A stretch of 41,513 nucleotides of DNA. Source: a virus (lineage: Duplodnaviria > Caudoviricetes). Under the pieces are notes generated by a model. The model was not told the DNA's origin. It saw only the letters and a list, made by a program, of their open reading frames with translations, and did no database searches. Shown here in pieces: positions 26,148 to 35,185 of this stretch; position 1 is the first letter of the stretch; the number at the start of each line of letters is the position of its first letter. The stretch spans positions 1 to 41,513 of IMG/VR virus record IMGVR_UViG_3300024251_000020, one strand, 5' to 3'. Position numbers and translations under genes: made by a program.

Positions 26148-26463
26148 GCAACCAAATACGCGGTGTTTATCATACTCACATCCTGCACAGCTCCAAAAAC
26201 ACCTACCCAACCTCCACCTCCGCCTACCCCGCTAATCGCTAACCCTTCCTTCACCACTCAAGTCTAAGGATAACCGCCCTGGAATAAAAAACCCCTGGCT
26301 AATGAGTATTAGCTGTAACGGTGTGAAACATCAGTCAGCCCATAAAACAGAGTTCCAGGCAGCTATGGCTTACAACGTGCTAGCACTAAAGCTACATGAC
26401 GAGTTCGCTTGTCTCAATGATCTAACGAAAGACCCCTCTTTTATTGGTCCCACACTTCCATGA
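26142..26463 (+). pseudogene. Disrupted or truncated AP2-domain gene
   Basis: 26269-26463 reads DNRPGIKNPWLMSISCNGVKHQSAHKTEFQAAMAYNVLALKLHDEFACLN (AP2-like; only ATG at 26302); an out-of-frame RGVY strand lies near 26158. Confidence 0.5.
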
Positions 26464-27464
26464 ACTTACCTCCATTACCATTAACGGATGGCGCATTGTT
26501 TGTAGACAACTCTGGCTGGTTAGAAGGGCTTCAGTCGTGTCATCGCTTAATAGAGTATAAAGCCTTGTATAGAAGGATAGCAGCGGGTGAAAAGCCTTCC
26601 CTCAATTTCGGCTCTTGTATTCACCTATGTCTCGAACACCGCTATCGCAAATACGGAGTCGGCGAGGTCGGACCGGACTTCTGGAATGAACTATCCACTA
26701 TTATTCAATCCTTCTTCGACTCCCATCCTTCCCCTGTGGACGACTGGCGGACCCCTAACTGGGCTTTGGAGACGATGAAACGTTACATGGCAAAGTATCC
26801 AATCGAGGAGTTTAACCTACTCTACGGACCTGATCTAAAACCGCTAATCGAGCTTCCGTTTACCCTACCTCTTTACACTCACAAATCCTCGCTAGGAGAA
26901 ATCCCAGTTATCTACACCGGACGAATCGACCTACCCTCTATTGTAAATAAAGAAGTCTGGATCGGCGACCACAAAACCTCCTCTATGCTCGGTGGGTCGT
27001 TCTTCGACCGAATGAAGCGAAGCGCACAACAAAAGGGATATTGTTGGGCGTTTAGCGAGCTTACCAAAGGGACGGATGTTGACATTAAAATCACAGGATA
27101 CTTCATCAACGCTATCCGCACAAAGGAACCTCCGCTTTATGTTAACGACCCGACGAGAAAGCAAGGGAAACTAAATCCCGAAACCTGGTGGACCGAATCC
27201 CTCCAGCGGGAGAAGTATTACACCTATCCTGGTATGCTTGAAGAGTGGAAAACTAACACTATCGAACTCCTCGAAGCGTTCTTTTGGCATTATTCTCGCG
27301 GGTATATGCCCGAGGAAACCACTTATTGCACCTTGTTCGGTCGCTGTCCTTACTTCGACATTTGCACCCTCGCCAAGGACGACCGAGGAACGATGTTAGC
27401 TAGTGGGCTATATACCGATAACACATGGTCTCCGTTACACGAATCAACCGAACCAAAGCAATAA
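26460..27464 (+). CDS. PD-(D/E)XK (Cas4/RecB-like) exonuclease
   Basis: LNFGSCIH, IELPF, YTGRIDL, IGDHKTS, QQKGY and C-terminal C..C..C motifs. Confidence 0.85.
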   Translation: MNLPPLPLTDGALFVDNSGWLEGLQSCHRLIEYKALYRRIAAGEKPSLNFGSCIHLCLEHRYRKYGVGEVGPDFWNELSTIIQSFFDSHPSPVDDWRTPNWALETMKRYMAKYPIEEFNLLYGPDLKPLIELPFTLPLYTHKSSLGEIPVIYTGRIDLPSIVNKEVWIGDHKTSSMLGGSFFDRMKRSAQQKGYCWAFSELTKGTDVDIKITGYFINAIRTKEPPLYVNDPTRKQGKLNPETWWTESLQREKYYTYPGMLEEWKTNTIELLEAFFWHYSRGYMPEETTYCTLFGRCPYFDICTLAKDDRGTMLASGLYTDNTWSPLHESTEPKQ

Positions 27465-27470
27465 GATTTA

Positions 27471-27495
27471 GTCATGCCCATTAAATGGGCGAAAC
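27471..27495. repeat. Dispersed palindrome copy 7
   Basis: GTCAT GCCCA TTAAA TGGGC GAAAC. Confidence 0.9.
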
Positions 27496-27519
27496 CAAAA
27501 AACAAAAAGGCACAAAACA

Positions 27520-28314
27520 ATGATAAAGCAATCCACACCGGAGGCACCGAAGACCGCCTCACCGCTAAAGATATTACTAATTGGCCCACCAGGGAGTCAT
27601 AAAACAACCTTCGGTCTCCAATGGCCGGACCTCCTCGTCGGTGACTGCGACCGTAACCTCGACGGCCCTGATCGTTGGCTACGAGCGAACGGATTCCCTA
27701 ACCTCAAATACTCCTACGACTCTATCCGGTATAATGACGCCGGACTTATGCGTGAGATTGAAGACTGCTACGGTGCTTTAGTAGATAGCCTCGGTCTTAT
27801 CGCTAAGGAGCAGGACAAATATAAAATATACCGAACCTACTTCCTAGACTCTTTATCCCATGTTAATGAGTTCATCATACGTCATGTATTACGATTACAG
27901 AACAAAGCAAAGAAGGTATACGAAATGGAAGCCCGCGATTGGTCTCCATTTAAATCATTCGCATACATTCTTCTTGTATCCAAGTTGGAACAGATTAACA
28001 AGACGGTATTATGTTCGTGTCACGAGGTCAAGCTCGTGGAGCCGGACGGGCAGAACATTATGAAGGAGAGGGTGTTAGGGTATGAACCGTTCTTCCAGGG
28101 GAAGGTGGGGGATATTATCGGTGCGTTCTTTACGGATGTATGGAGGTTGGAGGTTAAAGCTGGACCTGGAGGAACGTTGGTAACGGAGTTACAGACTACA
28201 AGGCATCCGAAATGTGAACATTTGAAGAACTCGGTAGGAATGCCCGCGACGATAGAATTGCCGAAGGGGAAGGAGTTCGCAACGATTGAACCATACCTGA
28301 AAGGAAAGATATGA
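27520..28314 (+). CDS. AAA_24 / Sak4-like ATPase (recombinase)
   Basis: ILLIGPPGSHKTT Walker A, YFLDSLS Walker B, CSCHE; located next to exonuclease and SSB. Confidence 0.8.
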   Translation: MIKQSTPEAPKTASPLKILLIGPPGSHKTTFGLQWPDLLVGDCDRNLDGPDRWLRANGFPNLKYSYDSIRYNDAGLMREIEDCYGALVDSLGLIAKEQDKYKIYRTYFLDSLSHVNEFIIRHVLRLQNKAKKVYEMEARDWSPFKSFAYILLVSKLEQINKTVLCSCHEVKLVEPDGQNIMKERVLGYEPFFQGKVGDIIGAFFTDVWRLEVKAGPGGTLVTELQTTRHPKCEHLKNSVGMPATIELPKGKEFATIEPYLKGKI

Positions 28315-29726
28315 GTCCAGTCTTGAAGATGGAGATACATTCAGCACTTAAAACCCTTGCCGAACGCTGTGACGGCGCTCACGAACGGGACGACGTTGGA
28401 TTCAACGCTTCACACGCCTACGCGGGTAGGCTCCTCGCTAACGTACCTACATTGTTAGACAACGAAGCCATGGAGGGGTTGATGATTATCAAACACTACC
28501 GCCGCCAGCTCGGTGGCGACCGAATGGACCGGATTGAAGCACTCGAATTCGAGGACTCTCTCGAATCGGGAAGTAGCCCACCGCCAGCTCCGCTGGGGAG
28601 CCAAGGTTCCGTTACACCTCCTCCGCCAAGACTGCCGGAGATACAGTTGACACAAGAACAAACCCAAGCGGCGGAGTTGATCATGTCTTTCATGGAGGAC
28701 GACCCTAGAGACCTCTTCAAATTAGGTGGCTACGCTGGAACGGGTAAGACTACTCTTATCAAATACATCATCAAAGAGCTATCGAAAAAGTACTCAATAG
28801 CAACGATGGCGTTCACAGGTAAGGCTGTGAACGTTTTGCAGAAGAAAGGTATCCAAGCAACGACGATACATAGCCGTTGTTATGATGTGATTGAAGACCC
28901 GAAAACACATGAAGTTACCTTCGAGCGAAAGTTACAAATGATCGACGATCCCGATTTGGTGATAGTAGATGAAGCGAGCATGATCTCACGGGAGCTTTAC
29001 GAAACGTTACTATCTTACGGGAAGAAATACCTCTTCGTCGGCGATCCGGGGCAATTAGAGCCGGTTGGAGACAACCCGAACCTTATGAAACAGCCGAACT
29101 TCGTTCTGTCGAAAATACACCGCCAAGCCGAACAAAGTCCTATAATCGCCTTCGCAAATGTAATCCGTCAGGGCGGTCCTCCAGTCTACCAATCCCGTGA
29201 CGGGTTAATCGTCCGCCGTAAGGAACTCTCCTCGCCGGAGTTCCTCTCATGTGACCAGGTAATCTGCGCGAAGAACCTTACGAGGAAGTCTTTCAATGAG
29301 AAGATTCGGCGGTATCTTAAATATCCGCTAAGGGATATCGTGGAGGGGGATAAGTTGATATGCCTAAGGAATAATACATCCTTCGGCGTGTTCAACGGTA
29401 TGATTTTTAAAGTCGAAAAGATAACCGACTGCAACGGTTTCCGTTGGAAAACCGAATGCCGGGACGAGTTGAACAAACTCTGGTATCTCCCTATCTGGTG
29501 TAACCCATTCCGGGATTCAACCTTCGATGAGAAGAAGGTGTTCGTTCCGAAGGAGGTTGTGTATTGTGATTACGGGTATGCGATTACGTGTCATAAGTCA
29601 CAAGGTAGCGAATGGGGTAAGGTGCTAGTATGGGACGAATGGTTTCCACCTCATATCTGGGACATGAAGAGATGGAGATACACTGCGATAACTAGGGCAA
29701 GTAAAGAGCTAATATTCAACATATGA
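28311..29726 (+). CDS. Dda/RecD2-like SF1B helicase with an extra N-terminal domain
   Basis: GYAGTGKTT, AFTGKA, TTIHS, VDEASMI, VGDPGQL, IHRQA, YAITCHKSQGSEW, YTAITRA. Confidence 0.92.
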   Translation: MSPVLKMEIHSALKTLAERCDGAHERDDVGFNASHAYAGRLLANVPTLLDNEAMEGLMIIKHYRRQLGGDRMDRIEALEFEDSLESGSSPPPAPLGSQGSVTPPPPRLPEIQLTQEQTQAAELIMSFMEDDPRDLFKLGGYAGTGKTTLIKYIIKELSKKYSIATMAFTGKAVNVLQKKGIQATTIHSRCYDVIEDPKTHEVTFERKLQMIDDPDLVIVDEASMISRELYETLLSYGKKYLFVGDPGQLEPVGDNPNLMKQPNFVLSKIHRQAEQSPIIAFANVIRQGGPPVYQSRDGLIVRRKELSSPEFLSCDQVICAKNLTRKSFNEKIRRYLKYPLRDIVEGDKLICLRNNTSFGVFNGMIFKVEKITDCNGFRWKTECRDELNKLWYLPIWCNPFRDSTFDEKKVFVPKEVVYCDYGYAITCHKSQGSEWGKVLVWDEWFPPHIWDMKRWRYTAITRASKELIFNI

Positions 29727-30019
29727 ACGACATAGAACATCGACAATTCCTCGAACGAATCCTAGAAGAAGTACGTGAGCTCAAAGGTATAATTAGCCGC
29801 CTCAAACCAGACCCATTCGCCGAAAAAGTAGGCGGTCCTTCTGCTGACGAAGAACTGCGTAAACGTGTAGCTACGTTTGACTGCCCGGAATGTGGTGAGC
29901 CAATGAAGCTTCGCCGACGGAGAATGGATAACGAACCTTTCATGGGATGTGTAGACTTTCCCGAATGTAAAGGACTTCGGGATATTACTGGAAACCCACA
30001 ACCAAAAATATACGATTAA
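29723..30019 (+). CDS. Topoisomerase-type C4 zinc-ribbon protein
   Basis: CPECGEPMKLR...FMGCVDFPEC. Confidence 0.8.
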   Translation: MNDIEHRQFLERILEEVRELKGIISRLKPDPFAEKVGGPSADEELRKRVATFDCPECGEPMKLRRRRMDNEPFMGCVDFPECKGLRDITGNPQPKIYD

Positions 30020-30020
30020 C

Positions 30021-30365
30021 ATGGACCCACAAAAACGCTCCGCTATCATCAAAGACGCAATGTCGAAGTTCAAATACAACCCCAAACTTCAAACGAAATC
30101 TCACTTGGAACTATTAGTAGAAAAAGCTAAACGCTCCACCTACAAAGTCCAATACGACATCAAACCCATCCTCGCCGCCGGGGGAGGGTTCGACAAACCC
30201 GCCCTTCAAGACATGGTGTCCCACCTTTATCTCGAAGAGTTTAACCAATACAGCCGGGATGAATTAATCAACCTCGTAACGATGATGCACACGGAAGAAA
30301 TGATGAACACCATCGACGCATCGCCCTTCGGGAAGGATACACCTGACCAACTAGGAGGAGTATGA
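30021..30365 (+). CDS. Hypothetical protein
   Basis: 114 aa, tightly packed. Confidence 0.65.
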   Translation: MDPQKRSAIIKDAMSKFKYNPKLQTKSHLELLVEKAKRSTYKVQYDIKPILAAGGGFDKPALQDMVSHLYLEEFNQYSRDELINLVTMMHTEEMMNTIDASPFGKDTPDQLGGV

Positions 30366-30532
30366 AAAGACCTGTCCGCTGTTTTCTTTGTGGTAAACAA
30401 ATGTTTTATAGTAGCGATCCGCGTCACGAACCAGAAAGACAATTTCGAGAGTCGGGTAGCCTTAAAGAAAGCTACTTACACTTACGTTGCCTACAACAAG
30501 CACGAAAAATTATACGAAAACTAATTTCTTAG
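30362..30532 (+). CDS. Small C2HC zinc-finger-like protein
   Basis: Hand-read 56 aa ORF MKRPVRCFLCGK...YLHLRCLQQ; GGAGGAG RBS; ATGA overlap. Confidence 0.5.
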   Translation: MKRPVRCFLCGKQMFYSSDPRHEPERQFRESGSLKESYLHLRCLQQARKIIRKLIS

Positions 30533-30596
30533 ACCTAATGTCTAAGGATAATAGACAAACCAAACAAAACAATCAGTAAAATCAAACATAAAACAT

Positions 30597-31091
30597 ATGC
30601 TACGTATAAACCTTAGTCCCGAACACCATGAAAACCTCACCGAAGTCGACCCCTTCTCCGAGTCTGCCGGAGGGTATGACACATCCTACCCTGTTCTCCT
30701 TCCCGACCAGCTTCTCCCTTGGAAGGTTGTCAAGGCGGAGACGAAGAAGAACGAAGAAAAAGGCAACCAATACATCCAACTCAAACTCCGTCTCGAAAAA
30801 GAAGCCCGCTTCAAAGACGGCAAGACCGCCAGGGAAGGTTTCTCGTTAAACCAAGTCTGCGCTATCACTCCTACCGAAAACTACACCACCGAGGACATTA
30901 AACGCAACCTCGGCCTTTGGATCAAGTCGATCTTCGGAGTTGAACGGGCGAAGAGTATCTCGTTCCGGTCGTTTATTGACAATCCGGCGATGGCGGAGGG
31001 TGAGATACTGTCCGGTAGGACGTCAATCAAAAAGGCATCGGCGGGGTTCCCTGAAGGGACCCAAGTAACACCGACTATTCCGGGGAATTAA
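30597..31091 (+). CDS. Putative ssDNA-binding protein (DUF669-like OB fold)
   Basis: YPVLLPDQ..WKVVKAETKKNEEKGNQYIQLKLRL pattern; usual partner of AAA_24 plus exonuclease. Confidence 0.6.
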   Translation: MLRINLSPEHHENLTEVDPFSESAGGYDTSYPVLLPDQLLPWKVVKAETKKNEEKGNQYIQLKLRLEKEARFKDGKTAREGFSLNQVCAITPTENYTTEDIKRNLGLWIKSIFGVERAKSISFRSFIDNPAMAEGEILSGRTSIKKASAGFPEGTQVTPTIPGN

Positions 31092-31128
31092 CGAATAACT
31101 CGCTCAAAGGGTGTGTGGGTCCAATCCC

Positions 31129-31153
31129 CACGCGCCCAATAATTGGGCGGAAC
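31129..31153. repeat. Dispersed palindrome copy 8
   Basis: CACGC GCCCA ATAAT TGGGC GGAAC. Confidence 0.85.
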
Positions 31154-31166
31154 CATTTAAACCACA

Positions 31167-31520
31167 ATGAGTAATAAATTTAAAGACGACCTCGACCGAG
31201 TAGGCCATCTACCCACCGACATGGCGGAACAGTTAGGAATAAAAACTCCGGCGGCGAAGACCTTCATCCGGTATGCCTTAGCTAATGCGTTACTTATGGA
31301 TAGAAAACAGTCTGATTACGGCCCCAAGAACATTAGCGGATTCGGCACCTTCGGCGTCGTGGTTCGTATGAATGACAAACACGAGCGGTTAAAAACCCTC
31401 TTCAACAAAAGCCGACGCTCCAAAGCGGCGAATGAGTCGATCGAGGATACGTTTAGGGATATTTGTAACTATGCGATTATCGCCCACATGGTAGAGAGGG
31501 GGGAGTGGCCGAATGAGTGA
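31167..31520 (+). CDS. DUF1599 (nucleotide-modification-associated domain 1)-like protein
   Basis: RKQSDYG..NI...GVVVRMNDKHERL...ESIEDTFRDICNYAII. Confidence 0.75.
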   Translation: MSNKFKDDLDRVGHLPTDMAEQLGIKTPAAKTFIRYALANALLMDRKQSDYGPKNISGFGTFGVVVRMNDKHERLKTLFNKSRRSKAANESIEDTFRDICNYAIIAHMVERGEWPNE

Positions 31521-31704
31521 TAAAATCTACATTTTAGTCCGTTATGAGCTAAAGACATCTGGCCACGGCCAGTCCGACCCTGAAATAGACGAACTTCGTC
31601 CTTTCTACTACTTTAGCAAACTAGAAGCGACGCAAAAAGCTTTACAGCTTCACTTCGAAACCGGCGAACGTTGGACCATAATAACCCTAGATAAAGCCGA
31701 ATGA
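31513..31704 (+). CDS. Hypothetical protein
   Basis: 63 aa overlapping both neighbours. Confidence 0.5.
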   Translation: MSDKIYILVRYELKTSGHGQSDPEIDELRPFYYFSKLEATQKALQLHFETGERWTIITLDKAE

Positions 31705-33206
31705 ACCGACAAACCATACCCGTCAAATCCGTCATCATCCCCGAACGGATGCGAAAGGACTACGGGGACTTATCGTCCCTTAAACAATCAATCAAAACCT
31801 TCGGCCTTTTGCAACCAATCACGATCAACCAAAAGAATGAACTCATATCTGGTCATCGTAGGTTGTGTGCTCATATTGAACTTAATCTGGAGCATATTGA
31901 CTTTTGTCTTTATGAGACTTTATCGGAAGGACAAAGATTAGAATTGGAGGCACTAGAAAACATCATACGTAAATCCTTTTCCTGGCAAGAGGAGTGTTTA
32001 GCTATCCTTAAAATACATCGCCAAAGAATTCGTGAATCCGCCTTGGACAAAGACAAAGAATGGAACACCCGTCTCGCAGCGGAACTCTTCGGCCAATCCA
32101 AAGGTGCCCTAAACTACACCCTCATCATCGGCAAGAAACTTGAAGAGCAATCGAGGATGACCCCTGAGGACCTAAAGAAACAAAAAGTCATCTACGCCGA
32201 CTTCAAATCCGTCGCCGAAGCCCACCGTGTCGGCTACCTCGGTGAACAAGAATCAATCGCCCTGGCGGTCCTCGCCAAAAAGACCGCCTCGGTTCCGCAG
32301 GCTGTAGTCGATGTGATGGACCAGATGGTGGTTGAGACAAAGCAAATATCCGCCTCGCCGGACCTTTTGGAGGAGAAAAGAAGGCAGTATGAGTCGAACC
32401 CGATGAATAAGGGTTCGTTTGAGGATTATTGGAAATCCCGTCAACAGCTTCTCCAACAGCACGAGCAAACGATATACCTTTCTAATCGTTTATTTCACGT
32501 ATCCTGCATCGACTACATGCTAGACCCCGCCTCCGCCGGTCTCTTTGACCACATCATCACCGACATCCCCTACGGTATCAACATGGACATGTTGAACCAA
32601 AACAATGAACACGGCGGACTCTCCGACCTCGACCGTGTAAAAGAAGAACACGACGTGGAAGAAAACATGCACCTCATGGAACAATTCTTCCCCGCCGCTT
32701 ACAAATGCACAAAAGAAAAGTCCTTCCTCATCACCTACTGTGACATTATGCAATGGCAGTTTATGTACGACCTCGCCACTAAATCCGGCTGGCAAGTCCA
32801 ACGTTGGCCCTTCATCTGGCACAAAACCACCGCAATGAACCAATGCGCCGCCTACAACTCAACCAAAAACTATGAAATACTCATGCTCTGCCGCAAACCT
32901 GGAACTACTCTTGTTACTGGACTCCCATCTTCGATTATTCAGTCGTCCGCAGAAAGTGCTAAGAATGAGACTGGGCACCCTTTTTCGAAGCCGTACGCAA
33001 TTACGCAGCAACTTGCAGACGCGGTGTCCATTAAAGGCCAGTTATTTCTTGAGCCGTTTGCCGGGAGGGGTTCTATCGCTTTAGAGTTAATGAGACAGGA
33101 ACGTAACGTCATCTGTTGTGAAAAACAAGAGGACCATTATAACGCCTTGTTAGAAAACTTTAAGAAATACTACCTCGGCCTTAATCCTAACAGTATATTT
33201 AAATAA
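31701..33206 (+). CDS. ParB/Srx N-terminal domain fused to an N6/N4 DNA methyltransferase
   Basis: LKQSIKTFGLLQPITI..LISGHRRL..EALENIIR (ParB); IITDIPY motif IV variant, HPFSKP and FLEPFAGRGS motif I. Confidence 0.88.
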   Translation: MNRQTIPVKSVIIPERMRKDYGDLSSLKQSIKTFGLLQPITINQKNELISGHRRLCAHIELNLEHIDFCLYETLSEGQRLELEALENIIRKSFSWQEECLAILKIHRQRIRESALDKDKEWNTRLAAELFGQSKGALNYTLIIGKKLEEQSRMTPEDLKKQKVIYADFKSVAEAHRVGYLGEQESIALAVLAKKTASVPQAVVDVMDQMVVETKQISASPDLLEEKRRQYESNPMNKGSFEDYWKSRQQLLQQHEQTIYLSNRLFHVSCIDYMLDPASAGLFDHIITDIPYGINMDMLNQNNEHGGLSDLDRVKEEHDVEENMHLMEQFFPAAYKCTKEKSFLITYCDIMQWQFMYDLATKSGWQVQRWPFIWHKTTAMNQCAAYNSTKNYEILMLCRKPGTTLVTGLPSSIIQSSAESAKNETGHPFSKPYAITQQLADAVSIKGQLFLEPFAGRGSIALELMRQERNVICCEKQEDHYNALLENFKKYYLGLNPNSIFK

Positions 33207-33365
33207 ATGAGCGCAACAGGAATAAAAAACATATACCTAGCTAAACACAATAAATCCAAGAAGTATGTAGCTCAGGTTTGGATGGGTAAGCCGGTTTGCA
33301 AGAACCTCCATCTTGGATATTTTAATAGTTTACTCAAAGCTAAGTTAGCTATTAGAAACAGCTAG
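33207..33365 (+). CDS. Stand-alone AP2-like DNA-binding domain
   Basis: Hand-read 52 aa: MSATGIKNIY...KKYVAQVW...LHLGYFNSLLKAKLAIRNS. Confidence 0.6.
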   Translation: MSATGIKNIYLAKHNKSKKYVAQVWMGKPVCKNLHLGYFNSLLKAKLAIRNS

Positions 33366-33391
33366 ACTCAAATGACCCCACTAAAACACCT

Positions 33392-33598
33392 ATGCCCATC
33401 ACCTACGTCATCACCGCCCCTCACGGGCGCATATACTTCGAAATCCTCTACCGTAATCGAACCATCGTCTCCATCATTATGTTCGACCCGGATAAAAACC
33501 CTCGTGGGCAACCCGTCCTCTATGACGACCTTGCCCTTACGGAGCGGGAGTCCATCCTCATAGCAATCATTAATCACTTAAACGACAATGCCACATAA
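33392..33598 (+). CDS. Hypothetical protein
   Basis: 68 aa, overlaps the polymerase start. Confidence 0.5.
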   Translation: MPITYVITAPHGRIYFEILYRNRTIVSIIMFDPDKNPRGQPVLYDDLALTERESILIAIINHLNDNAT

Positions 33599-34715
33599 CG
33601 ACGAATTTGCCGACCTTGTCGGCGACTCTCCCTCCACCTATGAACCTTCTCATCTTTGTAACAAAACTGTTAAAAACGTCTTCCCAATCATCACCAACAC
33701 CCCATACCGCCTCGCCATCATCGGCGAAGCCCCAGGAAGCGACGAAATCTCCTCCGGTATCCCATTCTTCGGTGCTTCTGGTCGGGAACTCAACAAAATA
33801 CTCGACCACGCGAAGCTACTCCGAGATGCGTGCTTTGTGGGAAATATTTGCCAACACCAACCACCTGGAAACAAGATCGCCAACTTCGACTGGAACGGAG
33901 TCGAGATCCAATCCGGACTCGCACAACTAAAACATGACCTTCACAATTTTAAGCCTAATCTTATATGGTGTCTTGGTGGTAGTAGTCTACACGCTTTTCG
34001 CTGTGGTAGCCTCGATAGTCCTCCTAAACGCAAGACGAAAGAGGGACCGCAGTTTGTGTTTCCTAACTCTATTAGTGATTGGCGTGGCAGTTTATTTGCT
34101 AGTCATCTTGATTCACCATCTCCTGGGACAAAGGCCGTCGCTTCATTCCACCCCGCCGCTGCACTCCGAAACTACGAATACATTCCATTAATCCTCCTAG
34201 ACGCATGCCAAAAAGTAAGAAAAGAAAGCGAGTTCCCCGAACTAAATCTCCCGCAAAGAAGGTTGCTCGTAAACCTATCCATAGACGAAATTCTCGCCGA
34301 GTTAAGAAAGGTAAAACTCGAAAAACCTCTCATAAGCGTAGATATCGAGGGCGGAGTAGGATCGTTGTCCTGCCTGTCTATAGCGAGTTCGGCTACGTTC
34401 TCATTCATTATTCCCTTCACCCGAATGGATGGTACGAGTTTATGGGACCTACCGGATGAGTGTTTGATTTGGCGGCATACTTGTAGCGTGTTATCCGATC
34501 CAACCATTCCAAAGATATTTCAAAACGGTTTATACGACAGATTTGTTTTACAATTCAGCTACGGAATAACCGTTCGTGGCTGTGTTGAAGATACAATGTT
34601 AAAGTCATGGGAATTATACCCAGAACTTCCTAAAGGACTAGGCTTCCTAGCGTCAATTTTTACGAACGAACCATACTGGAAAGAAGAACGAATACAAGCG
34701 GAGATGAAAACATGA
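33588..34715 (+). CDS. DNA polymerase A N-terminal fragment: family-4 uracil-DNA-glycosylase-like domain plus partial 3'-5' exonuclease
   Basis: IIGEAPG..E...PFFGASG and FHPAA (UDG4); SVDIE ExoI, QNGLYD ExoII, EDTML, GLGFLASIFTNEPYWK. Confidence 0.88.
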   Translation: MPHNDEFADLVGDSPSTYEPSHLCNKTVKNVFPIITNTPYRLAIIGEAPGSDEISSGIPFFGASGRELNKILDHAKLLRDACFVGNICQHQPPGNKIANFDWNGVEIQSGLAQLKHDLHNFKPNLIWCLGGSSLHAFRCGSLDSPPKRKTKEGPQFVFPNSISDWRGSLFASHLDSPSPGTKAVASFHPAAALRNYEYIPLILLDACQKVRKESEFPELNLPQRRLLVNLSIDEILAELRKVKLEKPLISVDIEGGVGSLSCLSIASSATFSFIIPFTRMDGTSLWDLPDECLIWRHTCSVLSDPTIPKIFQNGLYDRFVLQFSYGITVRGCVEDTMLKSWELYPELPKGLGFLASIFTNEPYWKEERIQAEMKT

Positions 34716-35185
34716 AAGAACTAAAGTTGACAACCGGCGAGGTAACTTTCGTAGATGACGAAGATTACGAAGATGCTATTTCGTCCGGTCCTTGGTCATG
34801 TAGTGATGGGAAAGCAATCAGGTTTATAGAGCGAGATGTTAACGGAAAGTCTGTTGTAGAATACTTACACCGTAGAATACTCCCACCTATTCCTGGTTAC
34901 GAAGTAGACCATAAGGACGGGAATGGACTAAATAATACAAGAAAAAACCTAAGGTACTTAACTCATTCACAAAATATCCACAATAGAGACAAACAAAAGA
35001 ATAACACAACCGGGTATATTGGAGTTAGATATAGTATATCCGCACAGGGCTATCAAAGTAGCACTCAAATTGACGGTAAGCGAACATACCACGGCACATT
35101 CAAAACCGCAATAGAAGCGGCTGTAGCCCGTGATGAGTTTGTGAAAAAACACCTACCAGGAATAGCTAAATTAAACTTTCCATGA
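34712..35185 (+). mobile_element. HNH-AP2 homing endonuclease inserted in the polymerase
   Basis: FVDDEDYE, YLHRRIL, VDHKDGNGLNNTRKNLR (HNH); NTTGYIGV...HGTFKTAIEAAVARD...AKLNFP (AP2). Confidence 0.9.

Noticed and set aside
26460-27464. Cas4 as part of a CRISPR system
   Set aside because: No cas1/cas2 or array is present; the context (AAA_24, SSB) is the usual phage recombination module.
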